A DNA stretch of 64,000 nt from Mycobacteriales bacterium (GTDB taxonomy: Bacteria; Actinomycetota; Actinomycetes; Mycobacteriales; QHCE01). This document shows, in pieces, positions 18,653 through 27,414 of this stretch. The notes under the pieces were generated by a model that did no database searches, was not told the origin of the DNA, and saw only the letters and a program-made list of their open reading frames with translations. A program made the translations under genes and the position numbers. Every line of letters begins with the position of its first letter. Position 1 is the stretch's first letter. The DNA lies in contig JABFVL010000049.1 of the NCBI GenBank assembly GCA_013362805.1, positions 692 to 64,691 of the forward strand, given 5' to 3'.

Positions 18653-19357
18653 GTGAGCCACGATTTGATCGACACCACCGAGATGTACCTCCGCACAATC
18701 TTGGAACTACAAGAAGAAGGCATAGTCCCGCTACGAGCCCGTATCGCCGAACGGCTCCACCAAAGCGGCCCCACCGTGAGCCAGACCGTGGCCCGCATGG
18801 AACGCGACGGGCTTGTCACCGTCGAAGGGGACCGTCATCTCGAGTTCACCGCTCTAGGGCGCCAGCGCGCGATTTCTGTGATGCGCAAACACCGGCTCGC
18901 GGAACTGCTGCTCGTCAACGTCATCGGTGTCGAATACGAGGAGGCCCACATCGAGGCTTGCCGCTGGGAACATGTGATGAGCGACGAGGTCGAGCGTAAG
19001 GTGTATGCCCTGCTCGGCCGCCCCACGGTATCGCCTTATGGAAACGCGATACCCGGATTGGAAGAGCTCGACGCCGGCGCGCACAGCGCCGAGCCCGAGC
19101 CCGTCATCACACTGCTCGACGCAGTGGGCGGCACGAATGTAGTAGTGCGTCGAATTTCCGAGCAGCTGCAAACCCACCCTGAGGTGATTAGCGAAATCCA
19201 CTCGGCGGGCGTGGAGCCAGGAGCGCTAGTGACGGTGTACAGCGATGACGACGGCGTCAACGTTCAGCGGGGCCAGGAAACAATCTCGCTGACTCCCGCT
19301 GCGGCGAGTTTGATTTTCGTGAGCGTCAATAGCGCCGCCACTTCAATGGCTAGCTAA
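18653..19357 (+). CDS. ideR: iron-dependent transcriptional regulator, DtxR/IdeR family
   Basis: GTG at 18653 follows GGAG. VSHDLIDTTEMYLRTILELQEEGIVPLRARIAERLHQSGPTVSQTVARMERDGL matches the IdeR/DtxR N-terminus. The ATG at 18635 is an alternative start. Confidence 0.9.
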   Translation: MSHDLIDTTEMYLRTILELQEEGIVPLRARIAERLHQSGPTVSQTVARMERDGLVTVEGDRHLEFTALGRQRAISVMRKHRLAELLLVNVIGVEYEEAHIEACRWEHVMSDEVERKVYALLGRPTVSPYGNAIPGLEELDAGAHSAEPEPVITLLDAVGGTNVVVRRISEQLQTHPEVISEIHSAGVEPGALVTVYSDDDGVNVQRGQETISLTPAAASLIFVSVNSAATSMAS

Positions 19358-19931
19358 GTTTCTTAGCTAGCTCTACGAGGCCGTTGATCTGATTCTTCGC
19401 GTCATCGGGTGATGTATTAGCTGCGGTGGTGAGCGTCAACGTACGCGCGGACCCACCAGTCAGCCAGCCGATTTCTACCCGTGGACCAGAGTTATCGCTC
19501 GCGTCGAGAACTTTGTTGTATGCGGCATCGCCTAGCCCATCGACACCCTGCGCGTCGCCGGGCTGAAAGTCAGTACGAAATCCCTCCGCATCGAATTCAC
19601 CGTCTCGGACGGCGAACACCAAAGCGGGTAGTTCATGTGAGGTTTGGCGGAGCGCACACGTCCGCGCTTGGTCGGAGGTGCCGGCCGCGGCCACATCAAA
19701 TCTCAATCCGGCGGTCTGCTCGATCACGGCATAGTCCACCGATCCGCATGCTCCACCCGCATCTGATGCAGGAGGCACAGCCCGCATCAACGGATCAGCT
19801 GTTTCTTTTGCGGCTGTTGATGTCGCGGGTTTTTTGGCGTCGTCCTGATCTTTATCGGCATCATCACCACAGCCGGTGGCTAGTACCGCGATGGCGGCAC
19901 ATGCCAGTGCCGTTGCAATTAATGACTTCAT
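19350..19931 (-). CDS. putative lipoprotein
   Basis: MKSLIATALACAAIAVLATGCGDD gives a signal peptide plus lipobox (LATGC). The 3' end overlaps the ideR 3' end by 8 nt (convergent). Confidence 0.6.
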   Translation of the reverse strand: MKSLIATALACAAIAVLATGCGDDADKDQDDAKKPATSTAAKETADPLMRAVPPASDAGGACGSVDYAVIEQTAGLRFDVAAAGTSDQARTCALRQTSHELPALVFAVRDGEFDAEGFRTDFQPGDAQGVDGLGDAAYNKVLDASDNSGPRVEIGWLTGGSARTLTLTTAANTSPDDAKNQINGLVELAKKLS

Positions 19932-19994
19932 GCCGCACAACCTCAGGTATTCGGAAAGAAAGTACGAGTAAACGGTATCAACGCAAACAAACCG

Positions 19995-20618
19995 CTATTG
20001 CAGCGTCCCGTCATGCCAGGCCTGCGCGGCCTTCGTCAGCCCGACTGCACAGCTGCGATTGCGAGCCGCACGTTGACGGTCGAGCGCCCCGGGCTCACCC
20101 TCGGTAGCGAGCAAGTCTCGCCCCGCCGCGACAATGCGGAAAAATGCCGCGGCACGCTCCAACGCGACAGCCAAATCCCCGTCATATATTCCGGTCAACA
20201 CCGCGTCAGCCAACTCAGCCATCTCGACTGGACCAGCGATTTCAGGGGCACCAGCGACCACCTCGTCCACTGGGGCCAAAGCACGACCCGCCCGAAACAA
20301 ACGCGCCACTTCATCACCTTGTTGCCGACACCACGTGCGCAACAAATACAACGCCCACAAAGCACCGGGCAAACTGTCCGCGGGTTGCTCACGCCACAGC
20401 TGGGCCAGTGTTTCCAAGCCCACAGTGTCGGCAAGTGCCACCAAATCGGTGCCGGCCTGATTATCACGCCCGGCATCCACTACCGTCCGCGCCGTAATCT
20501 GCGCCAACTCCATGCGGTTGACCGGGTCGTCATCGGTTGCCTCCTCCCACCGGCCCATATCACCGGACAAGAGTGGCCGCAGCGGGCGAGGGATATCCAT
20601 CAGCACTTCTTTCGGCAT
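19995..20618 (-). CDS. conserved hypothetical protein
   Basis: 207-aa soluble, Ala/Leu-rich ORF with protein-like composition. No family is recognised. The start may be the internal M at 20600. Confidence 0.5.
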   Translation of the reverse strand: MPKEVLMDIPRPLRPLLSGDMGRWEEATDDDPVNRMELAQITARTVVDAGRDNQAGTDLVALADTVGLETLAQLWREQPADSLPGALWALYLLRTWCRQQGDEVARLFRAGRALAPVDEVVAGAPEIAGPVEMAELADAVLTGIYDGDLAVALERAAAFFRIVAAGRDLLATEGEPGALDRQRAARNRSCAVGLTKAAQAWHDGTLQ

Positions 20619-20650
20619 AGCGACGCTAATCCACCCACATTAATGGGTGA

Positions 20651-20679
20651 TTGCTCATAGGGCGCGTCGTTGGCATAGT
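20651..20679 (+). promoter_or_regulatory. candidate promoter TTGCTC-N17-CATAGT
   Basis: The -35-like TTGCTC is at 20651-20656, followed by a 17-nt spacer and the -10-like CATAGT at 20674-20679. The motif lies in a region with no + strand CDS upstream. Confidence 0.35.
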
Positions 20680-20797
20680 CGCCGCAACCGCGCTACTGTG
20701 AAACAGGCACGTCGGCCACGCCATGGCCCCCGGTCCCACACTTGTCGCTACGAGCGACCATACGCCGCGAGGCGACCAGGTGGGTCGATGTGTCTTT

Positions 20798-20834
20798 GGA
20801 GGCCGCTGGCAACAGCGGCCTCCATTTTTCTTTC
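20798..20834 (+). terminator. intrinsic terminator / attenuator hairpin upstream of the K+ channel gene
   Basis: GGAGGCCGCTG (20798-20808), a GCAA loop and CAGCGGCCTCC (20813-20823) form a perfect 11-bp stem. ATTTTTCTTTC follows at 20824-20834. Confidence 0.75.
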
Positions 20835-20890
20835 AATATTGCGATGTTCCACACAGCCCACATTGGCACCACAGTCGCTACGCTTCTCGC

Positions 20891-21964
20891 GTGCGTGATC
20901 TCGAATCAAGCGGGGCGCCCATCCACCTATCTGGACGGCGCGTGCCCCCACTGCGAGCGCTGTCCATCCGGGTTGCCATCGCCGTGGGGCTAGTGTTGTT
21001 CATCGTCGCCATCGTGTACGCCGATTCAGATGGCTACAACGATAATTCTGACGGCAAAGTAGATTTGCTCGATGCCGCTTATTATGCGGTGGTAACCCTG
21101 TCCACCACCGGATACGGCGACATTGTGCCGGTGAGCGACACAGCACGGGCCGTCAATATTTTCATCATCACTCCGGCCCGCATCATGTTCCTCATCATTT
21201 TGGTGGGCACCACCCTAGAAGTGCTCACCGAACAGTTCCGCACTTATGTTCGGTTGGATCGCTGGAGGCGACGGTTGAAAAATCACGTGATCGTGTGCGG
21301 ATTCGGCACCAAAGGACGCAGTGCTGTTCAAGCACTGCGCGAAGAAGGCACCCCCGCCGAACAGATCGTCATTGTGGAAAACGATCCACGCTACGCGCAT
21401 CAAGCCCAAAATGCCGGCTACACGGTGGTAGAAGGCAACGCAACCCGTTCCTCAGTGCTTCGACAAGCGCAAGTGCAACACGCACGCGCCGTGGTCATCG
21501 CTACCCACTCTGACGACTCAGCGGTTCTTACCACGCTCACGGTGCGGCAACTCACCCCAAGCGGTGTGCGGATCATTGCCGCGGCTCGAGAGATCGAAAA
21601 CGCGCCGCTGCTGAAACAAAGCGGAGCCCATCAAGTTGTCGTGTCATCGGCAACGGCTGGTCGTTTGCTCGGTTTGGCGACGGCGACGCCACCGGTGGTC
21701 GACGTCATCGAAGATCTGCTCACCCCAGGCGAAGGCATGGCGATCGCGGTCCGCTCGGCGCGTCGTGAAGAGCTCGGCAAGTCTCCCCGAGAATTGAATG
21801 AAGTCGCGGTTGCGTTGCTGCGACGTAACCATCTTCTTCAACTCACCGAGCCAGAAGCCCAAACTCTGGAATCGGGCGACATGATCATTCACGTTCGCGA
21901 CGACCGGCCCACCATTGAGGAAACCGCGTTATCCCGCCCAAACCGTCGCTACGTGACACTGTGA
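20891..21964 (+). CDS. two-TM potassium channel with RCK (TrkA-N/TrkA-C) domains
   Basis: The selectivity filter is TLSTTGYGD and the Rossmann motif is VIVCGFGTKGRS. The start is uncertain: GTG 20891 or GTG 20942. I rejected the listed ATG at 20723 because it reads through the terminator hairpin. Confidence 0.8.
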   Translation: MRDLESSGAPIHLSGRRVPPLRALSIRVAIAVGLVLFIVAIVYADSDGYNDNSDGKVDLLDAAYYAVVTLSTTGYGDIVPVSDTARAVNIFIITPARIMFLIILVGTTLEVLTEQFRTYVRLDRWRRRLKNHVIVCGFGTKGRSAVQALREEGTPAEQIVIVENDPRYAHQAQNAGYTVVEGNATRSSVLRQAQVQHARAVVIATHSDDSAVLTTLTVRQLTPSGVRIIAAAREIENAPLLKQSGAHQVVVSSATAGRLLGLATATPPVVDVIEDLLTPGEGMAIAVRSARREELGKSPRELNEVAVALLRRNHLLQLTEPEAQTLESGDMIIHVRDDRPTIEETALSRPNRRYVTL

Positions 21965-22411
21965 ATCAATTACTACCGGTCGCCTAAATCCTTCGAAGCT
22001 TCTGGGTCATCTGGGATGACCGCGCGCCGCCACACGAACTTCTGCCGTGCGCCAAACATTTAGGACCGTGATGACGAGCTTGTAGAAGCTACGTTCGCCT
22101 CTGCCCTGATCGCTGGGCTCCTGGATTGGGCGGTTCGGAACCGATCGTGCTGGCTGCCGCGCGATTCACACCGCCAAGTGGACGATCGGGATCGAAGCCT
22201 CGACTAACTAGCTCGTCCACCACGTCTTTAGCAGCGGCCCGAAGAGTGTCTGGTGCTTGGCGTAGCAGTTTCGCCCGGCCATTCAGCGTCGCGGGCTCCA
22301 ATCGCGCGCCTGCCTGCTCGACGTGGTCACCTACGGCACGATTTTGCAGCTAGGTAGAATTTTTTGCCTATTTCACATTAGAAAACGAGGCGCATCCGTC
22401 ACCATTCGGTA

Positions 22412-23515
22412 TTAGTTCACAAAGGAAATGCTCAACTTATTGACATCATCTGAACCGACCAAAAAAGTGGCCAAATTTCGGGCTTCAGCCTCGAGCTGAG
22501 CCCATTGATCGCTACTCAACTCGCGATACATCTCAATCCGAAGCATCGAGTCTTTCCACGACCAACGGCCACGAACCACACCATCCACCAAAAACATGGG
22601 CACGCCACCGGAAGCTTCTCTCGCGGTACGTTTACGGTCTTGTTCGCTGATGATGCGAGTGCGATCATGATGCCCCTGCAGGACATTGTCGTAAGCGGGC
22701 AGGAAGCGAACCGGAGCTGGCAACTCAGCGTCAGTAATTGGGGCATCCGGAACATCGAATAGTTCGACGCCTTGCTCACTGCGAAATACCCGCAGTTGTG
22801 AGCGCAACACGTCGAAAACTTCCCGCAGTTTTGTGATGCCCGCCCAAGCCTGTGCATCCTTCACGCTCGCCGGCCCAAAAGCGGCAAGATATCGGAGCAC
22901 CAGCGTTTTCAGCTGCGGGGCATCCGCCATCGGCATACCGGTGAAATCTTGCGCCATAGCCACCGACACCGCCCGCGGATGTCCCCATCTTCCCCATGCC
23001 GCCGCAGGCATCGGATGCACAAGTGGAAGCAAAAGCTCGACCGTATTCGCCAACCTAGTGGCATTGCGGCCGGGATAACGTGAGGCGAGCAGCTGGCCAA
23101 GTTTTTTACGACTCAAGGCGCCGTTGGACAATAGCTCGCGCCCGACCTCCGCAAGTTCAGGCAAGTCGATTCCGACGATATGTTCGGCGTAATAACGATC
23201 GCGCAGCGCCGCCGCCACAATTGGTTCCACGCTTGGTCGGAGCCAACAAAAATCTTGCGCCGCTGCGAGATGTTGCGTGCGCCGCACCATAGTGGATCGG
23301 ACCACTTCCCGCTTTTCGATGAGCTCGGTGAGCTCATCGCGATGAAACTCTCGCATTCTGGCCCACAACCCGACATAGGGCCAGTTGGGTTCCTGCGCCT
23401 GCACAGCGATCAGTTGCCGTATGACCTCAGCGGCCGGCCGGGTTGTGCGCTCCAGCAGAAACTGCCGCCGCAACAAGGTTCGGTTGAGCGTACGCAGCGA
23501 CAGTGTCTTGGCCAT
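22412..23515 (-). CDS. winged-helix DNA-binding protein, YcaQ/AlkZ-like (HTH_42) family
   Basis: 367 aa. I recognise the N-terminus LNRTLLRRQFLLERT...VIRQLIAVQAQEPNWPYVGLWAR and the overall length as the YcaQ family. This assignment is from memory. Confidence 0.7.
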   Translation of the reverse strand: MAKTLSLRTLNRTLLRRQFLLERTTRPAAEVIRQLIAVQAQEPNWPYVGLWARMREFHRDELTELIEKREVVRSTMVRRTQHLAAAQDFCWLRPSVEPIVAAALRDRYYAEHIVGIDLPELAEVGRELLSNGALSRKKLGQLLASRYPGRNATRLANTVELLLPLVHPMPAAAWGRWGHPRAVSVAMAQDFTGMPMADAPQLKTLVLRYLAAFGPASVKDAQAWAGITKLREVFDVLRSQLRVFRSEQGVELFDVPDAPITDAELPAPVRFLPAYDNVLQGHHDRTRIISEQDRKRTAREASGGVPMFLVDGVVRGRWSWKDSMLRIEMYRELSSDQWAQLEAEARNLATFLVGSDDVNKLSISFVN

Positions 23516-23573
23516 GGTGTGCACCTTTTCAGGTATGGGGTGAGCTCCGATTGGCGCTCACCCCATACGTTCA

Positions 23574-26429
23574 CTAGCTGCAGCCGCTGGTGGAGCCGCA
23601 GCCCTCGCATACAAAGCAAGAACCAGCAGGGCGCATCTTGGTGCCACAGGTGAAGCACAAGGGCGCATCCGCCGACTTTCCTTGCACTGCCTCAAGGAGC
23701 TCAGTTGAAGAACCAACCGAGGCTGGTGCTGGTGCGATTGCCGCCGATTCAGTGCTATGTGCCGTTGCCTTAGTGACCGTTGACTCGGGCGTTTCGATGA
23801 TCGGCGCGGAGGCAGCCATGCCCTCTAGGTCCACATCGTCGCCAGCGAGTTGAGCTGCCCGCTCGGCCGAGGTGAAGATGCCGAGTTCGGCACGACGCTC
23901 ATACGGCAGGTAGTCCAGCGCTAGGCGGCGAACGATGTAGTCCATCACGGAACTGGCGATCCGGATGTCTGGATCATCGGTCATGCCCGCTGGTTCGAAC
24001 CGCATGTTGACGAACTTGGAAACGTAGGTTTCCAGTGGAACTCCATATTGCATACCGATGGAGATAGCCACCGAGAAAGCGTCCATCACACCGGCCAAGG
24101 TAGAGCCTTGCTTGGACATCTTTAGGAAGATCTCGCCCAAACCATTGTCAGGGTAGGAAGAGGAGATCAAGTAACCCTCAGCGCCTCCAACTGAGAAGGA
24201 AACTGTTTGCCCGGGGCGTTTCTTGGGCAAACGGTGACGCTCAGCCCGTGAGAAGTGCTCTTCGACCTCCGGCTTAGCCTCTGTCGCTGCCGGCTTCTTC
24301 TTAGCGGCCGAAAGAGGCTGGCCCACCTTGCAGTTGTCACGGTAGACAGCCAGCGCCTTCAGGCCAAGCTTCCAGCCTTCCAAGTAGACGTGTTCGATGT
24401 CCTCGATCGTCGCGTCTTCAGGCATGTTCACGGTTTTGGAGATCGCACCGCTGACGAACGGCTGCACAGCCGCCATCATGCGAACATGCCCCATGGGTTT
24501 GATAGTGCGCTCACCCATCGCACAGTCGAAAATGTCGTAGTGCTCGGGCCGCAAGCCAGGGGCGTCCACGACATGGCCGTGTTCGGCGATGTACTCCACG
24601 ATCGCTTCGACCTGTTCGGCCTGGTAGCCCAGTGAGCTCAAGGCCCGGGGAACGGTCTGGTTGACGATCTGCATCGAACCGCCGCCGACAAGTTTCTTGA
24701 ACTTGACCAGCGCTAGGTCTGGTTCGATGCCGGTGGTGTCGCAGTCCATCATCAAACCGATGGTGCCGGTGGGGGCGATCACACTGGCCTGCGAGTTACG
24801 CCAACCAGTTTTCTCGCCCTGCGTGATACCGGCTTTCCACTGTGCACCGGCAAGCTTCAAGATCTCGGCATCGTCGGCACCCACAGTGCGCACCGCATCG
24901 TTCGCAGCGGCGTGTTTACGCATAACCCGCTGGTGTGCTTGCGCATTGCGCGCATAGCCGTCATATGGTCCAACGATGGCAGCGAGTTCAGCTGAACGCC
25001 GGTAGGCGGTGCCAGTCATGAGTGAGCTGATCGCAGCGGCCAATGCCCGACCCGATTCCGAGTCGTAAGAACGGGCGGTGGCCATGAGCAGCGCGCCCAG
25101 GTTGGCGTAGCCAATGCCCAGCTGACGGAATGCCCGAGTGGTTTCGCCGATCTTTTCCGTAGGGAAGTCCGCGAAACAGATCGAAATATCCATCGCCGTG
25201 ATGACGAATTCCACGGCTTTCATGAACTTCTGTGCACCAAAGGTGCCATCGTCGTTGAGGAACTTCATCAGGTTCAACGAGGCGAGGTTGCATGAAGAGT
25301 TGTCCAGGTGCAGGTATTCACTACACGGGTTGGACGCGGTGATACGTCCTGATTCTGGACAGGTGTGCCAGTCGTTGATGGTGTCGTCGTATTGCACACC
25401 TGGGTCCGCACATTCCCAAGCCGCGGTGGCCATTTTGCGGAACAGCGCTTTGGCGTCCACGGTTTCCAACACACGACCGTCTTCACGAGCGCGAAGCCCG
25501 AAGGGGTTGCCCTCTTCAACAGCGCGCATGAACTCATCGGTGACCCGCACCGAGTTGTTGGCGTTTTGGTACTGAACGCTGACGATGTCCTTGCCACCCA
25601 AGTCCATGTCAAAGCCGGCATCGCGCAGCGCGCGGATTTTGTCTTCTTCACGGGCTTTGGTTTCAATGAACTCTTCAATGTCCGGGTGGTCTACATCGAG
25701 GATGACCATTTTGGCGGCTCGACGAGTGGCGCCACCAGATTTGATGGTGCCCGCGCTGGCGTCCGCTCCGCGCATGAACGAAACGGGGCCCGAGGCCGTG
25801 CCTCCGCTGGAAAGCAGTTCTTTGCTGGAACGAATGCGGGAGAGGTTGAGTCCAGCTCCCGAACCGCCTTTGAAGATGAGCCCTTCTTCGGCGTACCAGT
25901 TCAGGATCGATTCCATGGTGTCATCGACGGAGAGAATGAAGCAGGCGGAGACCTGCTGCGGAGATGCGGTTCCCACGTTGAACCACACGGGCGAGTTGAA
26001 GCTAAACACCTGGTTGAGGAGCATCCAGGTCAGTTCTTCACCGAAGATCGTGGCGTCTTTGTCGCTCGCGAAGTACGCATGCTTTTTACCGGCGGCAACA
26101 TATGCGTTCACTACGCGATCGATGAGTTGTTTGAGGCTAGTTTCTCGCTGGGCGGTACCCACGGCGCCACGGAAGTATTTGGTGGTGACGATGTTGGCGG
26201 CGTTGACCGACCAATTGACGGGAAATTCCACGCCGCGCTGTTCGAAGTTCACTGAGCCATCGCGCCAGTTGGTCATCACGACATCGCGGCGTTCCCACCC
26301 GAGTTCGTCGTAGGGATGGGTGCCCTCAGTAGTGAACACGCGCTCGATAACGAGCCCGTTACGTGCCGCGCTCGTACTTTTGGCCGTTTTCTTGGCGCTG
26401 CCCCGAGCGGCACCAATTGCTTCTGTCAT
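23574..26429 (-). CDS. nrdJ: adenosylcobalamin-dependent ribonucleoside-diphosphate reductase (class II)
   Basis: ATG at 26429 follows a GGGGGAG RBS. The active-site region is ASNPCSEY, and the C-terminal Cys-rich tail is CFTCGTKMRPAGSCFVCEGCGSTSGC. The protein has 951 aa. Confidence 0.95.
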   Translation of the reverse strand: MTEAIGAARGSAKKTAKSTSAARNGLVIERVFTTEGTHPYDELGWERRDVVMTNWRDGSVNFEQRGVEFPVNWSVNAANIVTTKYFRGAVGTAQRETSLKQLIDRVVNAYVAAGKKHAYFASDKDATIFGEELTWMLLNQVFSFNSPVWFNVGTASPQQVSACFILSVDDTMESILNWYAEEGLIFKGGSGAGLNLSRIRSSKELLSSGGTASGPVSFMRGADASAGTIKSGGATRRAAKMVILDVDHPDIEEFIETKAREEDKIRALRDAGFDMDLGGKDIVSVQYQNANNSVRVTDEFMRAVEEGNPFGLRAREDGRVLETVDAKALFRKMATAAWECADPGVQYDDTINDWHTCPESGRITASNPCSEYLHLDNSSCNLASLNLMKFLNDDGTFGAQKFMKAVEFVITAMDISICFADFPTEKIGETTRAFRQLGIGYANLGALLMATARSYDSESGRALAAAISSLMTGTAYRRSAELAAIVGPYDGYARNAQAHQRVMRKHAAANDAVRTVGADDAEILKLAGAQWKAGITQGEKTGWRNSQASVIAPTGTIGLMMDCDTTGIEPDLALVKFKKLVGGGSMQIVNQTVPRALSSLGYQAEQVEAIVEYIAEHGHVVDAPGLRPEHYDIFDCAMGERTIKPMGHVRMMAAVQPFVSGAISKTVNMPEDATIEDIEHVYLEGWKLGLKALAVYRDNCKVGQPLSAAKKKPAATEAKPEVEEHFSRAERHRLPKKRPGQTVSFSVGGAEGYLISSSYPDNGLGEIFLKMSKQGSTLAGVMDAFSVAISIGMQYGVPLETYVSKFVNMRFEPAGMTDDPDIRIASSVMDYIVRRLALDYLPYERRAELGIFTSAERAAQLAGDDVDLEGMAASAPIIETPESTVTKATAHSTESAAIAPAPASVGSSTELLEAVQGKSADAPLCFTCGTKMRPAGSCFVCEGCGSTSGCS

Positions 26430-26479
26430 GAAAGGTCTCCCCCTGATTGTGACTGTCTGCTCCACCTGAATTGGTGGAG

Positions 26480-26956
26480 TTATGCACTTCCCGCCTTGAC
26501 TCCGCCGTTGGCGGAGCGGTTTCGCAGCGCGGAAATCTCATGTTCGAAATCCGCGAGCGAGGAAAAAGATTGATACACGCTGGCGAAGCGCAGGTATGCG
26601 ACTTCATCCAGTTCGCGTAGTGGTCCGAGTATCGCCAGACCTACTTCGCCCGAGGGCACTTCGGCTGCTCCGCTGGCTCGGATGGCGTCTTCGACTTGCT
26701 GGGCGAGCAACGCCAAGGCGTCGTCGTCCACGGGGCGTCCTTGGCAGGCTTTACGCACTCCGGCGACGACTTTGGAGCGGCTGAACGGTTCGCTCACGCC
26801 GCTTCTTTTGACTACTGCCAAAATAGCTTCTTCGACCGTGGTGAAACGCCGCCCACATTCGGTGCACGAACGACGTCGGCGAATGATTTGCCCCTCGTCG
26901 GCCTCTCGCGAATCCACTACCCGAGAGTCCGGGTGGCGGCAATACGGGCACCTCAC
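26480..26956 (-). CDS. nrdR: transcriptional repressor NrdR
   Basis: [18 protein letters not shown]...[10 protein letters not shown] forms a zinc ribbon, followed by an ATP-cone. The gene lies 50 nt upstream of nrdJ. Confidence 0.95.
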   Translation of the reverse strand: MRCPYCRHPDSRVVDSREADEGQIIRRRRSCTECGRRFTTVEEAILAVVKRSGVSEPFSRSKVVAGVRKACQGRPVDDDALALLAQQVEDAIRASGAAEVPSGEVGLAILGPLRELDEVAYLRFASVYQSFSSLADFEHEISALRNRSANGGVKAGSA

Positions 26957-27193
26957 GTTTAAGCTCCTTGACCGCCTCGATGTGGGTTATCGGGGCTTAT
27001 TTGTGTCGAGCCGGCAGATCCCACACTGTGTCGCCAAGACGACTACTGTGCGATGCCTACCTACTCAATTCCCTGGCACAAGCCGTGACTCATTCGCCCA
27101 TTTCGTACATCAGCTTGTGGGTAAATCTGTGGGTAATCTGTGGAGAACCCCGCCGAGTGTGCCACAATCTGTGGACAAAACTAAGGGTGAAGA

Positions 27194-27209
27194 CCACTAG
27201 ATGTTGTGT
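27194..27209. promoter_or_regulatory. candidate NrdR box
   Basis: The reverse complement of CCACTAGATGTTGTGT is ACACAACATCTAGTGG. It matches 13 of 16 positions of the remembered consensus acaCwAtATaTwGtgt. It lies 238-253 nt upstream of the nrdR start. Confidence 0.4.
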
Positions 27210-27318
27210 CTTCGACACTATCTCGCCGACTAACTCAAATGCAACTAGCGACGCGCTTAGATCACATCAGCCCCGATAGTTACGTCCAACAAATCCCACT
27301 CAGCTCAGTCGCTCGTCA

Positions 27319-27334
27319 TCGAACACCTGTTTGA
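27319..27334. promoter_or_regulatory. LexA SOS box upstream of lexA
   Basis: TCGAACACCTGTTTGA has one mismatch against the actinobacterial consensus TCGAAC-N4-GTTCGA. It lies 81-96 nt upstream of the lexA GTG. Confidence 0.75.
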
Positions 27335-27414
27335 TTAGCCCTTCATCATGCGGTAGCGTTGTGATACACCCGGCAAATATGCACACCACCATCCACTAGT
27401 GCTGGAGGACATTC

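Noticed and set aside
20640-20834. c-di-AMP (ydaO/kimA-class) riboswitch as the identity of the K+ channel leader
   Set aside because: I looked for the remembered conserved blocks (ACGGAGGAAC-, GGGG..AATC-, ACCCGA-like pseudo-symmetric halves) and did not find them. The leader is kept as an unclassified candidate instead.
20723-20890. N-terminal extension of the K+ channel ORF from ATG 20723
   Set aside because: It would translate through a perfect intrinsic terminator hairpin. The resulting peptide is W/H/C/F/P-rich and unlike a channel N-terminus. Downstream in-frame GTG codons give a normal short cytoplasmic N-terminus before TM1.
22089-22301. 70-aa ORF considered as a small standalone gene (antitoxin-like)
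   Set aside because: It has a TTG start, no visible RBS and a competing overlapping ORF on the other strand, and I recognise no family. It is reported only as a possible gene remnant in the findings.
23574-23660. Cys cluster CFTCG...CFVCEGCGSTSGC at the NrdJ C-terminus as a possible fused novel zinc-finger module
   Set aside because: To my knowledge a C-terminal cysteine-rich zinc-binding tail is a described feature of many class II ribonucleotide reductases, so it is not novel.
25365-26313. Long + strand ORFs (296 aa at 25365..26255, 242 aa at 25585..26313, and others) lying antisense to nrdJ
   Set aside because: They lie entirely inside the strongly recognisable class II RNR gene on the opposite strand. 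Their composition is Arg/Gly/Val/His-rich or Ser/Pro/Ala-rich, as is typical of antisense frames in high-GC DNA. They have no RBS and no recognisable motifs.
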